From assembly GCA_030704615.1 (NCBI GenBank), contig CM060733.1, forward strand, positions 15,252,001 to 15,316,000: DNA of 64,000 bases, written 5' to 3'. This DNA is from Takakia lepidozioides. Its lineage: Eukaryota > Plantae > Bryophyta. Position numbers and translations under genes: made by a program. Under the pieces are notes generated by a model that was not told the DNA's origin, ran no database searches, and saw nothing but the letters and a program-made list of their open reading frames with translations. Shown here in pieces: positions 23,313-37,013 of this stretch (positions are counted from its first letter, which is position 1; the number at the start of each line of letters is the position of its first letter).

Positions 23313-26083
23313 GCTTCCTCTGAGCTGAAGCAAACCTCACAATGTGAATGACAAAAGCAACTGAACTTTCACCCGCTGGTGGGTGCATGCGGCTAACCTC
23401 CAGTATCATATGCCTCAAGAAAGATGCCCACCGGAAAATCATACGCATGCCCACACTCAATCCTACAGTCTCAATCACAAATACAAACATGTATGCAATT
23501 CTGTATATGTAAGCCTAACATTTTCTTGCATTCCCTACATGCTCAAAGTAATCAAGCCCTCGTCAGGTTCACTTTGTCATGGATAAATGGACCTTCAAGA
23601 CTGGTGCAGTCAGTAGATTTACTAGCAAGCTTAGTGAATCACCTTGTGAGCTCTGTCTATCTTGGGCTGTTTAGTTTGTGTCGTGTGTTCTGATGTATGT
23701 CCAAATCGAATGCACTTACTAAGCATTATGATGTCCCTCTCCCTGCTAATTTTTCCCTGAAAGATGTGTCAGTGTGTGCGATGGGTGGGTCAACTCTTTT
23801 ATGACAGGTGAGCCCAGGTCAGAGTTTTGCAGATGGTGGACTTGTATGTAAGAAAAATCTGTCTTTGAACTAGGGATCAGCAAGAGGAGCTCTAGAGACA
23901 GATCCTTGCTCAGTTTGGAAGAGAGAAGGACCTGGAGGTACACCATGAGAGTGGAAATTGAAGGAAGCAGATGTTTGGAATTGGAAGTTGATGATGCCGA
24001 TGTAAAATAAATGAAAAGAGTGTGCCCAAGAGTAAGTTGCACTTCCCATGCCACTCCCATTTGATGCAGATGCATCAAGCTGGATACATGCTGAAGCACA
24101 TTGATTTCGATGTCCTCATGATCCAGCGTCAGGCCTTCTACGCGATTGCTTTCATTGAGATTGTGTTCCGTTGGCACATCTAAAACATGCAACAAAAAGT
24201 GCAGCAAAAAGACCTCCAGTGAACACTTTGAATTTCATTAGCAGCAATCTTCCTGACTGCTGAAATCCTTATTTAGTGTAGTGACGATCCGGAGCCTTCC
24301 ACATGTGCAACCATCCCCTTCCTTTTGCGGATCAAAACCACCTGTGTGACCCACCAACAAACTTGGACCAATTTAAACAAAATGTGAAGCTCAGACGCAG
24401 TTCTACTCGCCCTCTGATACAATCTTCGAACATGCACAACTACCTGATTACTGTATGCCCTCCATGCACCTTATTTGCCGCAACTCTCAGGCAATAAGTT
24501 CCATACATTGGAGGGAATCGTTACACCTACTGAGGACCATACGAAGTCATGGAGTTCAGGTCACCCACTTAAACTCTGTTTTGTCCCGTTCTTTGAATTC
24601 TCTTTATGCATCTTAACCCGTCCTTGCATCCGCTTGTAGAAGAGATTGATAGGTTTTCGCAAATGGATGGTATTGTCGCAAGCAAAAGGATGAAGAATTG
24701 CTGCAAAGTTTTACGGTTTTCCTATTCTGTCTGATCAGCAAGCTGGTATTGGAATTCTGGATAATACGATGAGCGTCCACATTCAGCATGAAGAGCGGAA
24801 GAAATTGCAGACTTAAGGGGCGCCCACCGTACACATCTTGTGCACAAGCGTTGGCAAGAATATCATACTTTGACAGGCTTCTTTGCTTCGAGAGCTCATG
24901 AAGTTGTTTTGCATCATGACTTTGTTGCCGAAAGTTCTCTGACAATTCTTCTACATCTCAGAATGTCGTTACTTTCCCTGACCATCGGGAGTCTGATCGT
25001 CGACTTCAGATGACAGGGATGTCTTTTCCATACACATGGAGAATTTTGACATGAGGTATGTCGGATTAATACTGGAGTTAGCAATTACTCTGAGAGAGAA
25101 GATTCCTTGGGTGATCGAGGCTTATAGATCGACCCAGTGTACTTAGCTTGAAAAGTGCACATCCTGAGAGGCAGTAAAATCTGAATTGCCCTTATCTGCA
25201 AAAGTATGGTTCATGACTCGAGTTTCATCGTTTCCATACATGAGCTACGCAAAGTGATCGTTTGAAATACACCACGTCATCCTCCCAAAGCCCTGTGCGG
25301 ACCCGCTCTCCTATACAGTCTCCTACAGCCTGTCTCAAAGGAGTATGGCTAAAACAAATTGAGCCATACCCTTTTGAGAAAGGGTATGGAAAAGTATTGT
25401 AGATACACTATTTCCATACACCATCTTAGGAGTATGTGGAAGTATTTTTGGCTGCATCCTTTAACCCTTACCATTTTGGTGGGCCCACTAAAAACAGTGC
25501 ATACCCTCTTGGATAAGGTGTAACTTTTTACTCCCAATCATCCATGGGGATGAACCTTATACTTATGTGCATATCTACTACATCCACTTCTTGTCAAAAG
25601 TGTAGGCAATTTGACCATTGTATTTGGGAAATTATAACAAAATAATTTGTCCCAGTTTGTTAATGTATTTTTAAGATTGCATGGAAAAGATGGTTTGACC
25701 ACCATATTCAAGTGTCGAGATGAGTTTTCTGAGGCAGATGCCCTCTATAATCTGATTATATGGCACCCAAGAAACGCTCCCCCCCAAAAAGCAGACCACA
25801 ATTCCAAAAAATGAGATAGGCTACTTTGTATGTGAAGGGATAAATTGTCATGGTTTGGATTCTTTCCCAGTACGCCCATGTGATAATATTTGTTTTCTAA
25901 TTCCTTTGGTAAGTAAGTGCACACTAACATTACATAGTGCCTTGTCCAAAAAATTTGGCATTTTGATAAATTTTGAGCCCTAGATGTCATTTTCAAGATT
26001 GCTCACTTGGCCCGCCAATTCCATGGTACTTTGAGAAATTCTAGGGGAGCAAAGCTTTTATTATTTTAGAGTGCTGTAAATTC

Positions 26084-26645
26084 CAGTGTTGGACTTGTAT
26101 ACCGATAAGAAATTGGTATCAATATTGGTATGTATACTAGTATGAAGTACTAGACCAGTCTGGTATCACCTCAGGCCACCACCTAGCATATAACCGTATT
26201 GGCCTGGTATCTGTTTCCTAATACTATGGACGATACCCTACCAGTCTTGGTAGGTGGTTGAAAATCTGGTACCTGATACCAGTACCATATCCAGAGGAAA
26301 ACCTAGGTATCAATACTTTGAGGAACTAGAGGAATACTTTGATAAAATCAATGAGAAGCATGCTTGTACATATTTATATGAGAAGTGGGCCTTTCAATAT
26401 TTAACATATCACGAGTTTTTTTTTATACCAGACCACTATTGATAATACCCTGGTATCGATTTTTAAAAACTCTTGCTATTGATACCCGTAAAACACCACA
26501 CCAATCAGGTATTATTGATACCACCATGGTATCCAAATCTCAGATTTTTGCCAATACCAGTACCTCCCTGGTATCACAATTGGCCGGAGGCCTATATACC
26601 AGTACCAGCCTGGTGTGTTCAAAATACGATACATGTCCAACACTG
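26084..26645. mobile_element. hAT-type MITE with GGTAT/ATACC subterminal repeats
   Basis: TIRs CAGTGTTGGAC / GTCCAACACTG; TSD GTAAATTC at 26076-26083 and 26646-26653. Confidence 0.92.
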
Positions 26646-26653
26646 GTAAATTC

Positions 26654-27583
26654 CAGTGTTGTGCGCTTATTTGATTTTTTTTAATATCAGCTGGTTACGG
26701 ATGTTTAACTTTAACTTTGTACCAACAGTCAGTAGCTCAGTTGGTAAGTGCACTGAATGCCACCGAGATGACTTTGGGTCAAATCATGCTACTTGACGGG
26801 TGTGGTACATTCTTCTCCCCTTTCTCCCCTTCCATGCGCATGTGTTGCATCAAAAGCCTTCACGGCGAGGTTACCGAGAGGTTATTTTCTCCTCTCTCCT
26901 TCAAGGGGCCTGATTTGTGAGCGAGTGTTTCCCTTTGTTTAAAAAATAAATAATTAAATTAAAGTTTTTTATTTTTGTAAAAAAAAACTTTGTGTTCACA
27001 TCCTCCGGTTTCGGGGTTTTGGAGCTTTTCAGTTTTTGATATCCTGCCGGTCGGCAACATATGCAAAATTTAACCCTATGCGGTTATGGACAAATGGAGT
27101 TTATGTTAGGATGGCCTCCGGCAGTTCAGTATCCGGTTATCAAACAAATCTAATTTTATTTTAATAACATAAAATAATACAAACTAAAATAATGTATTAA
27201 AAATACTAATGAAATAATGCATGCCCCTATGAAACATACCCTTCGAGTAGAAATGAAATGAAGATAGGCCAGCTCGTGACTATGGCCCACCTTCTTTATG
27301 TCAAGTGAACAAATAACCGGCTATTATCCAGATTATATCCTCCGGTTTTCAATGCCAGATACATGGGTTCATATCCTGCTTCTTTTGGCCACTAGTTCCG
27401 GTTCAAATCAAATTTAAAAAAAATACAAATTCACCGGTTCTCCACCGGATCCGGTAATCCCATCTTTTCAGATCCAACGGTTCTTATTGGAAGCGGATAT
27501 TTGATTTTTGGACCTCCCATATATATATCCGGGTTGGGACCCACCGGGGGTTTGAGGCTGAATCATATATCCGCAAAACATTG
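26654..27583. mobile_element. hAT-type MITE with CCGG subterminal repeats, containing a SINE
   Basis: TIRs CAGTGTTGTGCG / CGCAAAACATTG; flanks GTAAATTC and GTAAATTT. Confidence 0.8.
26720..26950 (+). mobile_element. tRNA-derived SINE
   Basis: accaacagtcagTAGCTCAGTTGG...GGTCAAATC head, shared body, ttcccttt end followed by an A-rich tail. Confidence 0.75.
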
Positions 27584-27734
27584 GTAAATTTCCACATGTG
27601 CTTCTCTTTAACCCGTTCGTTTACCTTTAGGAATCACTTCCATCCACTGCCATCCATCAAAGCTGGATCATGGCATAAGACTGACGCGACACCTAATCGA
27701 GTTGTCGTTTAAGTAAAGGGAGAGACTTTGCATC

Positions 27735-27960
27735 ATGCTAACTAACCTTACACCGTGTCAAGACTGTTATTGGTTTGAAATATATGTTACATGTGATGAA
27801 CTAATTTTACACCGTGTCAAGACCGTCATTGGTCTGAACGATCAACTAACTTTACATTGTGTTAAGACTGCGATTGGAAATTATTTTGACAACATGTCAA
27901 AATTCATATTAGTTTAAAAACTTTTACAACGTAAGCTAATTTTATACTATGTCAATTGTG
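27735..27960. repeat. Degenerate ~55-60-bp minisatellite
   Basis: ctaa(c/t)(c/t)ttacaccgtgtcaagac recurs about 4 times. Confidence 0.65.
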
Positions 27961-30900
27961 CTTTTGTTATTAATTCATGCAAAAGCCTATGTTTAGTCAC
28001 ACTATCAATTTAAAATATCGATAAATTAATGAAAATAAAGATAATATTTAATTTAATATATAGAATAAATTTAAAATATTAGATTATAATAAAAAAATTA
28101 AACCCCATAAAATCTATAAATTCTATGTAAATATAAATATAAATATATGTTTAAGAAATAATGTAACAATGTAGTAACACATAACGTATCTTTAAAAAAT
28201 AATGTAACAGTCTAATAATATATAACTATATATACATATATATATATACCGTACCTATCTACGGTGTCCGACGTTAATTAAATAAAGAAACGAGCTGTCG
28301 GAAGAACATAAATGTTGTACTTCCTGCACCGAAAATCTTGGATATTCGAACTTCAACCTACTCCAGCAAGCCCTAGCAAACTACCACTAAGCTACCCATC
28401 CACATCTACATATATGCGACTTTTATGACATATATACTGAGAACTGTCGGAAATATAAAATTTCCAAAAGACTGCATGAGCTCTTTTTCAAGAAAAAATA
28501 ATTATTTCGGCAGAGGCTTGATGAACTACATAGGCAAATAGCAATAGTTGCGACATACCCATGGCTTTTAGATAGCCCTAGTCTTCTTCTAGTCATATGT
28601 CCACTCATTCTTTTGTAAGATGCACTTTGAAAATATAAATAAGCTTGACATCTAACAGTTTGAGCTTGCATTTTATCCAAAATGTTTCGTATGTCAATAA
28701 AGTGAATGTCATCTACCTTCAGATCGTCAAAACTCGCAATACGATCTTCCTCCAATACACCAATTCCGTTGAAGACCACAACCGACGTTGTTGCCCTCGG
28801 GTTATATTTTATATATGCAGCCCAAGTATCTTTCATGTCTTCATCCTCAACGACAAATGCTTCGGAAGGACAATTCCGCGCGGATTCATCCTTACGTTCA
28901 TTTTGGGTCAAAGCAAAGTAGGGTCACCTCACTTTTGTCAAAACAAGGCTTTCTTGATAATGAGAAAAAAGACTCGAAAAATTTGAATTTTGGACATTCG
29001 TTGTGCTGACGTGGCCCAACACGTCGTTACACATGACAAATGCTAAACTCTACTCGGGTTGTTTGAAGACACGGACGGCGAGAGCCTCAAATGGTGTTGT
29101 GTTGATATCCTGCTAGGGGTCTTTGAGGCTTTGAGCTACGGATAGAAATAATACACAACGTTGAACTTTGTCTGGGCTATTTGAAGACGCGGACGCGGCA
29201 AGAGTGTTGTGTTGATGTCTTGCTGAGGCATTGACAGAAGAGATCAGTGCAAGGGGAACATCGAGGAGTAAATTGTCCAGTGAGCGATTTCTGGTACCTG
29301 TAGGTTTTAGGGTTAATGTCAGCCTCGTATGCACTCAACTTCATGCCCATACATTGGCTGCTTGAAATCATGGAGGAAAGTGCGCTTCAAGTGTGAAAGG
29401 CTCAGCAGTGTGGCATTTCCTCACGAAAGCTCGAGATAATGGATTCTTACTGGTGCACTCCTCATCAATCGAATACTTCATTCAGAAGTTGTGGCTAAAT
29501 AAGGGCATAGGGATGCTCAATAACTCCACAGATAGGTCATTTATTCAGGACCAGGGCTTCAGGTTCTGCCTCAAGATCTTCAAAGTTTGTGAACAGAAGT
29601 GTAGGGACAATGTCCTGGATCGCCCTAAAGAGGGTCAATCTCGCCTTAGGGTTCAGAGTGTGTTCGCACCTATTGTTTGTAGTAGCTTTGTGGCCATAGA
29701 TCATGTGCATATGTAGTGTAAATACAGGTCACTAAAAACTTGAAGGGATATTTTGGTGAAGTGGTAAGTGGATGAAGAAAAACGGATGAATGAAATCAGT
29801 AAAGGATGACAAAGACCCGGGTTCAAACCTGGGGAGCGGACATTTTTTTGTAAGGCGCTACTACAATAATATTTAAGGGGTGCTTGGGTATAGTGGTGAA
29901 AACAGCGGATGGATGAAATCAGTAAGGAGAACACGGGATCAACCCAAGGGAGCGGCACTAATGATTACTAAATTACCATGACAGTAATCCAGGGTTTAAA
30001 CCTGGAAAGCCACAATCTTTAGTACTATGCTGCTGAAGAAATATTATGTAAAGTAAGGGTAGGGCCACCCTCATAAAACTGGTGTGTTTACTAAATGATG
30101 GCGGTACTGGCGCCAAACTTTAGACACTGGCACTAGTAAATACAAGGCCTAGAACCAAATAAATCATTAGTATTTTCAGCAAGATATTTTGACAGCCAGC
30201 GCGCATAAAAAACGGACTAGTCGTTGCACTAAGCACCAAGGTTGATCGAGATGATGGAGACGCTAAGGGAAGGCGCGGAGAAAAAGGCTGAGGCCACTTT
30301 AGTACAGTCAGGAGAGACGTGAGTACAAGGGAAGAATTGAGCATTTACTTGGCTGAATTTTCTAAGTGAAGTTGAAATGTTGGTAGCTATTTTTGTGCAA
30401 TCGCCATCTATTTTCATCTGCCTTGATTGAGAGACTGTGATGAGGGGACTTGCATTCCTAGTGGTGTAATCTGTAACCTGCTGAATGGCTTTGAATCTAG
30501 GGCAAAATAGATTTCCAGCAAAGAGTTATGGAATTTTGAAGATGACTGTTTATTGCTGGTATGATGCAAGGTTAGAAATGTAAGTCTTGGTAGTGGATGC
30601 ACCTAGTGGGGGATTAAGATCAAGGTTTGCTGCTAAAGATTAACTCGTGCGATGGTCATTTTAATCACAAGAGTGGATGCTAGGGATGATAAAGTGGCTA
30701 CGCGATCCACATCAAAGCATAGCAGTGCTGATCCAGAGGCTGAATAACAATGAGAGAAAGATGCTTGTGTTAGCTATGTATGTTCAAGTTTAGGGCTAAC
30801 TAGATGTTATGCTGTCTTATTTTCGCTTCCGTTGCGGCAGTGCAATGTTTACGATACTACCTTTGGAATTCTATAAAATGTTTCAGCGTACCCTTTTTTG

Positions 30901-33042
30901 CACTACACCCAGTTTGGGCGGAAAAAAAACAACAAATATTACCGTTGTGAAGGGCTCGGGCTCGCTCCAGTAACTTGTGGCTTGCTTTTGAGATTTCCTC
31001 TAGAAATCCCTTCACATGACTTGCATGAACTTGCATGAACTTGGGATCTCCTTCACTCGAGCATTCTTCTTGTGGTTGTTCCCTAATGTGTATGCCTCAC
31101 TTTCACTTTCGTAGGTTTCGGACGCAACCCGGAAATCTTGTATCTAGAATTTCATAAGCTCCGCACATACAATCTCAACAAACGGCTGAAGAGAAATGTC
31201 CTACAATTTGGACGTGACTTTCACTTCCTTTTGTAAAGCTTCAATCTGCTTCTTGGTCTCTTCTTTGTGTGTCACACTGACACGAGGCTTTATGTGGGAC
31301 CCTCTTGCCCTCCAACTTATCTTGTCACGCAACAGGCTTCTTACCTCCCACATCATCCTCCCACGGCTTGACTTCCCATGGGTACTATGATGTTTTTTAA
31401 GTCGTATGGCTAAAAGTTGCGCTTTTCAAGGATAGCACCATGCTTCACACAAATTTGTGAAGTTGATGATCATTTTTTGACCGTCTCCTACAAAGTAATA
31501 GACGCCCTATGGAGCCACCGTTGAAAGGTGGAAGAACCTCCAATCAAGGTGTAGCATTTTGTAGGAGGTAATGGCTTAGTTCCGAAAACCGATCCCAAAG
31601 ATGACAAGTCATTTGCCTGTATGAGTGGAGGTCCACATTCAATGAGGTTCATACTTGCAAACGTAAATTGAATGAATTTTGGAGAATGTTTTATATTTAC
31701 GTTCTCAAAAATCGAGGAATATAACTCATGACCAATTGTAAAGAGTTCCATATCGTCGTTGAGCATATTACAAAATCCATTTCTTTCCCTATGATCAATT
31801 TGTCTTCTACTTCCACCCACCATCAATATTCGACTCATAATCGAAAAAATAAAAATATACTTCAAACCTTGGATAAAACACACTCACCACTTACATGAGC
31901 TCCTCCAAGAATCTCATCCAAGCTTACTTTACATTCTTATTCCTCCTCAAAGTTGGAGAGATAATGAATGCCTCATTTGAAAAATCATCGTTATCTTCCA
32001 TCAGATCTTAAACCCTACAACAATAAACCCCACATTCACCTACAAGTATATTAAAATAGGAGCGAATGATGTAAACAACTTGTTAGTCTAAGTATATTAA
32101 GTGATCATCTAACCTTGAGATGATAAATGTTTGACAAATGTGTCAAATAAGAATGTGAATTAAAGATCAAATGCATCAAGGTCAAGAAGAATAGACAACT
32201 GAATGGGGTCTTTTGAGGATATGGTACATACATATCAAGTTCATCTATTAAAATGTATGAATGACATTTGAAAATGGAAAAATGTAATGCAATCCATCCA
32301 TTTTTATTTATTTATTTTTTCAAATAATATATGACATCACACTCTTAAACCCAACCATCATTCACACTTATACCATACTTATCTACGATGTCCAATGATA
32401 ATTAAATCCAAAAACAGACTGTTGAAAAAATTTAACCAAAATCCTTCTAGTGTCGGATGTCATCATGTCACACATACTTGACCCCAAGACCTATTGCTGA
32501 TTGTAATATGACATATTTATAATTTTAACTATATCCAATCATTCTTTGTCTGAACATATAATATTTAATTATCTATATTGAGTAAAAATGAACTTACTAG
32601 TTATTTATAGAACTCATATCAAATGTGTTTTGTAACGTATATTTTTATTTAAAGTATCATTTTATCATATTAGAATCAAATTTATCAATAACTTCACTTA
32701 CGGGAGATAAAAAGGTTGTCATGTGAACGACAGAATTATCATGTTTGATTGTTGTTTTAGTATTTTTATAATATTATCTGGTACTACATATATTTATTAA
32801 CAGCATACATAACTTATTGGTTTAAACACAATTGGTTTTAAAATATTGCACATAACGTATTAACCTTAACTTCCTACAAGGTGATTTTTTTCAAAAACTA
32901 CTACCCCTTGGAACTAATGGGAGGCTACTGACCTACCAACGTTCATCCATAAAAATTGATCATACACATACATACCTACCTGGCCCCTACACCATCTCCC
33001 CAAATTTTTCTGGGAACATTTTCATTTTTTTTGGGTTTGAAG

Positions 33043-33329
33043 CAGTGTTTTTTTTTTTCAAAGTTGGAAAAGAACAGGACTGGCTACTGATTTTTGCAAG
33101 AAATAGCCATGTTTTGTGTCCATCCACTATAATTTGGATAGAATCATCCGGTTGTGTACTTTCATCCATGTATATCATCCATATTTGGGGAATTCATCCT
33201 AGATATATATTTTATTTGGAGAAGTTTGGCGATTTCATCTATGAGAAAACAGGGAATTTACGATAGAATATTCCATGTTATTTTTTGAGGTCGAAAAAGT
33301 GAAAAATTTCGCCAGAAATAAAAACACTG
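33043..33329 (-). mobile_element. hAT-type MITE, family A, copy 4 (inverted)
   Basis: CAGTG...CACTG; TSD GTTTGAAG at 33035-33042 and 33330-33337. Confidence 0.92.
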
Positions 33330-34995
33330 GTTTGAAGAAAAACCTTTATTTGCTTTGACCAAGCATATTGAGGGCTTTTTGAATCTTTTAGAAGGGCTAT
33401 CCCAAATGTACATAGTATAGTCCAAATGCAAAGTACATGTCTAATTTCACATCAAACCAATATTTTACTGCATATGTTGCTTTGTATGTGTTTTGGTGAG
33501 GGTTGACATATCCATCCCTAATAAACACATTCAAACTTGAAGCTTTCCACCAAAACACGTCATCCCAAAAACGATAATTACACACATCCCTCTTGTGAGG
33601 GATTGTCTTACAATACCCATAAGCAGTAGGCAAATTTTCAATAAGAGAGAAAACCGAAATTCAAATAAGTGGAGTTTCATCAAACAGTTTGGCATTAGTG
33701 GCCTGATATGCTTCAATGGACCAATGAGGGGGGGCCACGTTTCTAGTCAACTCCCCTCCGCCCAATAATTACTGACCCTGTCCCTTTAGAAAAATCTGGA
33801 GGTCGCCTGTTCCGCAGGTGGGCCACCTCATAAGCTATAAATGCTCAGAAGGAATGAATGTAAGAAAACTTCATCTACAAAAGTTAGGATGGTTCATCGA
33901 AACAGTGCAACCTTGGGTAGGAAGTTAAGAGTTAAACTTTATTTTTTAATAAATATACATTATATATGAAATATGTAGAAAGATGCAAGAAATACTTAAC
34001 AAAATCTTGTATGATGTAGATATAAAATTCATCTTGGAAGAGTTGTATCGGTTGGTTGTGTTTGAACCGTCATGTCATTTCCTTCCCAATTGTCTCTTTC
34101 TACCATGACCCTTCCATCTTACAAGGATTTTTTTGAATTAAAGAAGGCAAAACAAGCTAAAACGTTGCAAGGTAATTTGAATCTGTTTTAATGAATTGAG
34201 TTTGGACTTGTAGCTGTGAGCATTCAAAACAACGTGCATGCAACTTTAAAACTATTTATAAACTTTCATACTTATTGTGCGTAGGCCTCCAATTCTTGTA
34301 AATATTTGAGACCCCAGTTGTTCATCTATTGTTTTTTTACACAAACGACAATTGACAGAACAATAGATTGGTTAATTGTATCACATTCATTTTTTCATTA
34401 TTATTTTTATTAATGTTTGTCATCTAGTCTATAAATTACACACTTCTCCGCTCTCTAATTCTTGCAGATGGTCAACACAGAAAAATCCTGGGATAGTTTT
34501 CACTGCTTGTAAAATCTCAGATAGGCACGCAGATGCATCAACGCAAAATTATGAATTGATACTAGAAAATAAATGATATGTATGTTTGACAAACTCTAAT
34601 AATTATTATTTTTTCTAAATTACTTATTAAAATAAAATTCTAGTATTTTTTATTTCATACAAATATTAACAACTAACATTTTACAATTCAACTACAAATT
34701 TGTTGTAGAAATAGAGCAATTATAGAAAAGTAGTTGGGTTTATTTCATATTTTGTAATAATAACAAGATATAAATATATCATCTTAGATTACAATAACGT
34801 GTATTTACACATCATAGAAAGAGCTTGCAACAAAACCAATATTATGTAGGATTTTATAAAAAACAAGGTTGGAGAACTAAATTTGATGTTGGCACCAAAT
34901 GTCAATGCAAAACAATTACCAACAAGGAAAAAGGTTGAACATATATCAGTTCTTCCCATACCATTTTGGAGTCTTAAAGATAAAATGTTGTCAAC

Positions 34996-37013
34996 ATGAA
35001 AATTTTACCAGTAGAGAATGGTAAAGTTGGGAATGCTCGGGCAGCGACTGCTGCAGTTGATGCCAAGCTTAAAGGTGACAAGAAACTATTAGCAACAGCA
35101 TCAGATGTGAACAAGATATTGGCTAGAGTTGCTTGTCAATGTAGACTTAAAGGAAACGAAACATGTACAACTTTGTGTTCTTGTCATTTGACATGGAAAA
35201 GTTGTGGCATAGAATGTAGTTGTCACGGATTCTGCTGCAATAGCTTCTTAACTATGCCAAAGTTGAATATTCGTGATGGAGCATTGGGAGAGGAGCTCTA
35301 TACCAAACTTGATTTACCACAACACAAAGCAGTCTTTGTGGTGTGTGGTCGCATTATGACGACAACTGAGTATAGCCGTTATCATGATACGTTTCAACAT
35401 CAAACTATGAAGCATTATGGACTATCTGTCTCATGGCCTGGGACTGACCGTCACGGTCTCCCTGGAAAGCCCGAACCTTCCAAATATGTGGTTGATCCAT
35501 TTAATGACATGACAGGCGCGGCAAACCATAATTGTGAGCCCAATATTGAGATCAGAGCATGGTAATTAAGCTTATGTTGGAATACTTAGTTAGAGAAGAA
35601 TTTTAATAATTAGCAACTTATAAGCATTTACACAATAACTTCATTGCGAAAAAACATCCATGTGCATATGTACTTGCAAAGGAATTTTTATCAAAGAAGA
35701 TGTAGTATGAATTGTACTTATAAAGACAAATTATGATGTCCGACGTCTATACGCCGATAGTAGCAAAAATTTATCTATTGTAGAAACCAATGGAGCTGCA
35801 CTGCCTCACCCAAACAAATATGTTTACACGTCTAAAATGTAGATGACTATAAAAACATGAACATCAAGTAGCAGATATTCAACACTAAACTTCTCCAAGT
35901 AATGATATGCAGTTGGGCCAATGGTAAATTATACGCTGTTGGATGGACACATAGAAGGATCATGGCAAAGGAGGCACTTAATTACGACTACACGTAAGTT
36001 TCAAGTATTATGTCATTAATATGATATTTTCATTACTTTAAACAATATATATTTACTGAAAGATGACAAAGATAAAAAATTTCAATATTGAAATTGCTTA
36101 AAATGCTACATGTTACATCTAAACATCAACATACATCAGTTATTTTTAATTTGTAAGATTTTAAATCAACTTGAATTTTCATATGTTTAAATTATAGCTA
36201 TAACTTGAATTAATCAAAACATCTCAAGTTCAAGTACAATATCATAACTTGCAAATAGACATTAGCTTTAGAATACAATGTAGACTCTCTGGGTTCGTCC
36301 CTCACCATCAGGTGTGTTTGCCTTATGGCCCCACAGGGGTTTATTTTTTCCCCTCACATAATAAAATGCAAGATAATTTTTGGAATTTTTTTTAAAAAAA
36401 AGTGTAGACTTAAATTTTTGAATATATGACACATTAGGAAATGAACAAACAATCCTACTGGAAATTATTAAAATGAATGATTAAATTAAAAAGATGATTA
36501 AAAAGGTTGAGTAAAATAGATATAATTGACAATTTGGTTTCCAGATGGACAGGTACTGCCAACAATATTTTTTTTGCAGAATTATGTTTTTGTCGAACAG
36601 CTTTTTGTCGCGGATTTATCGCCGACGCACAAAGCAAATTTATGCAACTAAGCATTCAACATTATGAAAAAGAGCTTGCAAGATTGCAAGCAAAACATGC
36701 TACTAGTGAACGGGCTTTACAAGACCAGCAAGATTGTTTAATGGCTGGAAAAAATTGGGGATTAGATGTAGAAGACTATCAAACTGACATAATTAGAGGC
36801 GAGGATGAAAATGACAAATTGAAAGTGACATGTGAGCGTATAGAGGAAGCAATAGCTAAAGCAAAAGCGTCAATACATGTGGTTGAAAAAACTGATAAAT
36901 ACATAACAAAACAAACAAAAAAACAGCCATTGAACGTGCAAAGACTAGGGAAAAAAATAACATGTTTTTCTGCTTGCTTTAGGACTACAGCTAATGCAAG
37001 CGAAAAAAAATGA
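34996..37013 (+). CDS. Divergent Cys-rich pre-SET/SET/post-SET protein with C-terminal coiled coil (exons 34996-35561, 35913-35993, 36545-37013; 371 aa; true 5' end uncertain)
   Basis: Cys cluster CQC...CTTLCSC...SCGIECSCHGFCCN. The spliced product reads GAANHNCEPNIEIRACWANGKLYAVGWTHRRIMAKEALNYDYTWTG...ELCFCRTAFCRGFI. Both GT-AG introns keep the frame. Confidence 0.8.

Noticed and set aside
25324-25386. About 60-bp imperfect hairpin
   Set aside because: Probably a collapsed MITE remnant; no supporting copy or miRNA evidence.
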